DNA of 64,000 bases from Macrostomum hystrix (taxonomy: Eukaryota; Animalia; Platyhelminthes). Below the pieces are notes generated by a model. It saw only the letters and a program-made list of their open reading frames with translations, was not told where the DNA came from and did no database searches. The stretch covers positions 9,362,001-9,426,000 of the forward strand of contig CATNEN010000038.1 of NCBI GenBank assembly GCA_950097015.1. Reading direction: 5' to 3'. Below, one piece after another: positions 59,553 through 64,000 of this stretch (within the stretch, counting starts at the first letter, position 1; every line of letters begins with the position of its first letter). The translations under genes were made by a program, and so were the position numbers.

Positions 59553-62500
59553 ATGAGCCTGTGGAATTCCCACACATTCCTGTCCCAAGCCTTGGAAGAT
59601 CAGGCTCAAGCTTCATCAAGTGCAACTGTAGGGCAGCAGCAGCAGGCAATGCACTACCAGCAATACCAGGAGCCTACTGTATGCCCTCCCATCGCTGCAA
59701 GTGAGTTGCAGTTTGTGCCTGGGCAGCAGCAGCAGCCAGAAATGGACGCCTTGGCGACTCACCAGGAGGCGGATGCCTGCTATCACTCGCTGCTAGGCAT
59801 GGCTGAATCATTTCGTCAATCTGGCAATATTCGCATGGCCCTGCACTGCCTACAGGCTGTGCTGCAGATACGACAGCCAGAGTTGGTCATTGCCAGGTAA
59901 GTGAGTGACTGCTTACCTGAAGATACTGGTAAAAGTGCCTGTTTATCTGAATATTGTAGCTAGTCACAAGAAGAAATGGGAGATAGTGGCTATCCACCAG
60001 AAGGAGTGGGAGATAGTGGCTATCCACCAGAAGGAATGGTAGACTGTCTATCCACCAGAAGGAATGGTAGATTGTGTCTATCCACCAGAAGGAATGGTAG
60101 ACTGAGTCTATCCACCAGAAGGAATGGTAGATTGTGTCTATCCACCAGAAGGAATGGTAGACTGAGTCTATCCACCAGAAGGAATGGTAGACTGTGTCTA
60201 TCCACCAGAAGGAATGGTAGACTGTGTCTATCCACCAGAAGGAATGGTAGACTGTGTCTATCCACCAGAAGGAATGGTAGACTGTGTCTATCCACCAGAA
60301 GGAATGGTAGACTGTGTCTATCCACCAGAAGGAATAAGGGATAGTGACTGTTCATATGAAGGCTGAGATCGATTAAAGGTCTTCTACATCTGAAGCTAGC
60401 TTCTATGGCCATCTCGATAACCGTTCGCATGCAGGACCAACGTACAGATTGGCCGATTGCTGATGCAGCACACCACCCGGTCCGGAGCTGAGCGAGCCGC
60501 CGCTGCAGCCTGCGCCCACCTGGAGGCCGCCTGGAGCCTGCGAGCGCTGGTTCAGTCGCACGATGCGGAAGTTTGCCTCGAGGCCGCCGACATGCTGGTG
60601 GATTCCTACCTCATTGTAGATCCCGCTGCCACTGGAGCCACCGGCCAGAAGGTCACATCGCTGCTGGAGGAGGCCCTGCTGGTCAGCCACGGACTGCCTG
60701 AGTGGTGAGTTAGAGATTGATACAGTAATTACCTGATACAGACTGCACACTGATACAGTAAGCACCTGATACAGTAAGCACCTGATACAGTAAGCACCTG
60801 ATACAGTAAGCACCTGATACAGTGAGCACCTGATACAGTAAGCACCTGATAAAGTAAGCACCTGATACAGTAAGCACCTGATACAGTAAGCACCTGATAC
60901 AGTGAGCACCTGATACAGTAAGCACCTGATACAGTGAGCACCTGATACAGTGAGCACCTGATACAGTAAACACCTGATACAGTAAGCACCTGATACAGTG
61001 AGCACCTGATACAGTAAGCACCTGATACAGTGAGCACCTGATACAGTAAGCACCTGATACACGTCCGCCCCTCAGGCACTGCCGGTTCCTCCTGAAGCTG
61101 GCTCAGCACCTCAGCCAAAGCGATTCCGGCCGAGCCTGCGAGCTGCTTGCACTTGGCTCACAGTATGCTCAGCAGCACCGCAGCGAGTACACCCGCGGCC
61201 TGTTCCTGCTGGCCAAGTGCCTCCTGCTGCTGGCCAATAGGCAGCTAGCTGAGGTGCACAACACCCTCACTGTCACATCCAAGGTTATTGAGGCCATGCG
61301 TCAGGGTGGCAAGAAGCAGGAAACACTGAAGATTTTCTCCCTAATCATTCAGGTAAGCTTTGATTGCTGAGCCTGTTATACCTGCCTATTATAAAATTAA
61401 ATGGAATTTTCGAAGGCATAAGGTCATTAAGTACAATTCATGGCTGTCATTCTGTAATATAATAATAATAATAATTTATTACACCTGTCCCAATCGGGCC
61501 AGATGTGCAGCCGACAGCACAGCCGCAGCTATTGCGCGGCGCATCTGAAGACTGCGTACAGCTGTTCAGTCCATGGACTGGGGGACGCCACACCCACCTT
61601 CAATTATCCCAGCTAATGCTGGTACCCATATAACAGCTGGGTGAACTGAAGCAATGCAGAGTTAAGTGTCTTGCTAAAGGACACAAATTTTTCCAGTGGA
61701 GTCGGGAATCGAACCCCCGAACTTCAAGTCGTGGGTCCGACACCCTAACCACTAGGCTACAACCTCTTTCTATTATCTTACAGAGTCATTCTGTAATGCA
61801 AAACTGTCATTATTTTATGCAAGACAATCATTCTGTAACACAAAGCTCTCATGCTGTAACAATCTGTAAAGCTAGACAGACAATCTGTAAAGCTAGACAG
61901 ACAATCTGTAAAGCTAGAGAGACAATCTGTAAAGCTAGACAGACAATCTGTAAAGCTAGACAGTCATTCTGTAAAGCTAGACAGACAATCTGTAAAGCTA
62001 GACAGACAATCTGTAAAGCTAGACAGTCATTCTGTAAAGCTAGACAGACAATCTGTAAAGCTAGACAGACAATCTGTAAAGCTAGAGAGACAATCTGTAA
62101 AGCTAGACAGACAATCTGTAAAGCTAGACAGTCATTCTGTAAAGCTAGACAGACAATCTGTAAAGCTAGACAGACAATCTGTAAAGCTAGACAGTCATTC
62201 TGTAAAGCTAGACAGACAATCTGTAAAGCTAGACAGACAATCTGTAAAGCTAGACAGACAATCTGTAAAGCTAGACAGTCATTCTGTAAAGCTAGACAGT
62301 CATTCTGTAAAGCTAGACAGTCATTCTGTAAAGCTAGACAGTCATTCTGTAAAGCTAGACAGTCATTCTGTAAAGCTAGACAGTCATTCTGTAAAGCTAG
62401 ACAGACAATCTGTAAAGCTAGACAGACAATCTGTAAAGCTAGAGAGACAATCTGTAAAGCTAGACAGTCATTCTGTAAAGCTAGACAGTCATTCTGTAAA

Positions 62501-63736
62501 GCTAGACAGACAATCTGTAAAGCTAGACAGACAATCTGTAAAGCTAGACAGTCATTCTGTAAAGCTAGACAGTCATTCTGTAAAGCTAGACAGTCATTCT
62601 GTAAAGCTAGACAGTCATTCTGTAAAGCTAGACAGTCATTCTGTAAAGCTAGAATTCTCAAATTCTCATTCTCAAATTCATAATCTCACCACCCAGGTGA
62701 TGAACCACCTGGTTGCTGGCCAGGCCAAGCAGGCGCGTCCGACACTGCGCCAACTGCAGAAGGCCATCCAGGCATTCTCAGTCATGCAGGAGAGCCAACT
62801 GCTGCTACCGCCTGATCAGCAACAGCAGCAGCAGCAGCAGCAGCCTAGCGCTGCCGCAGACACAGTTGACCAGTTCGAGTGGCTGTCACGGGAGCACATG
62901 TCGGTGCTGGTGTACCTGCTCACACTGCTGCACAACATGGAGGAGGCCGCCTACGACAAGGTGCAGCGGTACACGGACAAGGCACTGACGCAGGTGAGGG
63001 GTTATTAAATTGGTCTATTGTTCTCCAATTATCCTGAAGGATTTGAGTCTATTATCTTCCTAGATCATGAAGGATTTGAGTCTATTGTCTTCCTAGATCA
63101 TGAAGGATTTGAGTCTATTGTCTTCCTAGATCATGAAGGATTTGAGTCTATTATCTTCCTAGATCATGAAGGATTTGAGTCTACAATGAGACTCAAAGGA
63201 GTCCTATATCCTAAATCTCATGCCTCTCATGTTCCCCAAATCCGTCGCCAGGTGGAAAAGCTCAAAGCTGTCGAGGACTCATCATTGCTGACTGTGCTTC
63301 ACCTCTGCATCCTGGAGCAGAGCTTCCAGTGCCACCTGGTGTCCGGCGATCGCGCCGCTGCCCTTCACCAGGCGGCCGCCAGTCTGAGAATCTGCTCAGC
63401 CAGCCCTGCTCTGCTGCAGCGCCGCCTGGCCCACTGCCACTCAATGCTAGCCCTGTACGCCATGACCAGCAACTGCCTGGGCGCAGCTGAGAGCCAATTC
63501 CGCCGAGCCCTGTGCCTGGCGCCCAGACCCGAGCTGCACCAGTTTATCTGCCTCAATCTAGGCCTAGTTATGCTCAGGCAGAATCGACTGACCGATTGTC
63601 AGAAAGTACTAGCCGATTGTCAGCAACAGCAGCAGCAGCAGGCGGCAAACCGGTCCACGGGGTACTGCCTGCGCGCTGCCGGGCACTGGGTCGACGGCCT
63701 GCTGGCCATGCTGCTGGGCGACTTTAACAACGCCAA
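59553..63736 (+). CDS. MAU2: MAU2/SCC4 cohesin loader subunit, 3'-partial (continues beyond window)
   Basis: Exons 59553-59896, 60435-60704, 61076-61352, 62697-62993 and 63252-63736, phase-compatible. DACYHSLLGMAESFR..IRMALHCLQAV..IARTNVQIG, WHCRFLLKLAQ, SEYTRGLFLL and FEWLSREHMSVLVYL match MAU2 motifs. Confidence 0.93.
59975..60345. repeat. 30-bp minisatellite (GGAATGGTAGACTGTGTCTATCCACCAGAA) in MAU2 intron 1
   Basis: Tandem copies, each with a TAGAC/GTCTA hairpin. Confidence 0.95.
60718..61061. repeat. 16-bp minisatellite (GATACAGTAAGCACCT) filling MAU2 intron 2
   Basis: Tandem copies. Confidence 0.95.
61458..61767 (-). mobile_element. tRNA-derived CORE-type SINE (family A), near full length
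   Basis: Minus strand reads A box TAGCCTAGTGG, B box GGTTCGATTCCC, CORE-like TGTGTCCTTTAGCAAGACACTTAACTC...TGGGTACC, and an (ATT)n tail. Confidence 0.85.
61860..62654. repeat. 21-bp minisatellite (AATCTGTAAAGCTAGACAGAC) in MAU2 intron 3
   Basis: Tandem copies of two variant types. Confidence 0.96.
63035..63184. repeat. 33-bp minisatellite in MAU2 intron 4
   Basis: GAAGGATTTGAGTCTATTGTCTTCCTAGATCAT, ~4.5 copies. Confidence 0.9.
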
Positions 63737-63777
63737 GTGAGTTGCTGAGCTCGAACCCTGATTCCCTGCCCATTTCA

Positions 63778-64000
63778 GTTATCCCAGGGATTTCGGGCTA
63801 CTTTCTGTTATGCCAGGGATTTCGAAACGACTTTTAGTTATCCCACGGATTTGAGAACGACTTCTATTTATCCCAGGGATTTCGAAATGACTTCTAGTTA
63901 TCCCATGGATATCTAAACGACTATCAGCTATCCCAGGGATTTCGAAACGACTTCCAGTTATCTCAGGGATTTCAAAATGACTTCTAGCTATCCCAGGGAT
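63778..64000. repeat. 30-bp degenerate minisatellite in MAU2 intron 5
   Basis: TTATCCCAGGGATTTCGAAACGACTTCTAG-type units. Confidence 0.88.

Noticed and set aside
61690-61767. tRNA gene
   Set aside because: Attached to a CORE body and repeat tail; it is a SINE head, not a functional tRNA.
61796-62683. Cys/Lys-rich 295-aa ORF and its antisense ORF
   Set aside because: 21-bp array inside MAU2 intron 3.

Overview
Eukaryotic (animal) genomic DNA with GC-rich exons and introns packed with tandem repeats. The style resembles a free-living flatworm such as Macrostomum, but that is an inference only. I reconstructed eight spliced protein-coding genes by hand from GT-AG sites and reading-frame phase: TCAIM (+), a divergent aminergic (muscarinic/histamine-like) GPCR (-), IFT70/TTC30 (-), TNFAIP8/TIPE (+), an unrecognised ~1,080-aa E/R/K-rich protein with repeated acidic-W motifs (+), DHRS7B-like SDR (+), ARHGEF17-like RhoGEF (-, 15 coding exons) and MAU2 (+, runs off the window). 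About 20 distinct mini/microsatellite arrays are present, most confined to a single intron. Most long ORFs in the ORF track are artefacts of these arrays. Mobile DNA comprises two tRNA-derived SINE families (one CORE-type, one with covarying hairpins), two non-autonomous hAT elements with 8-bp TSDs, and a Mutator-like foldback element with a 9-bp TSD carrying a nested MITE. The most interesting observations are intron-private minisatellites that repeatedly carry CACCTG/anti-splice-donor motifs, a U1-mimic hairpin over a MAU2 donor, and the modular SAH/acidic-W protein. All homology calls are from recalled family motifs; no database searches were run.
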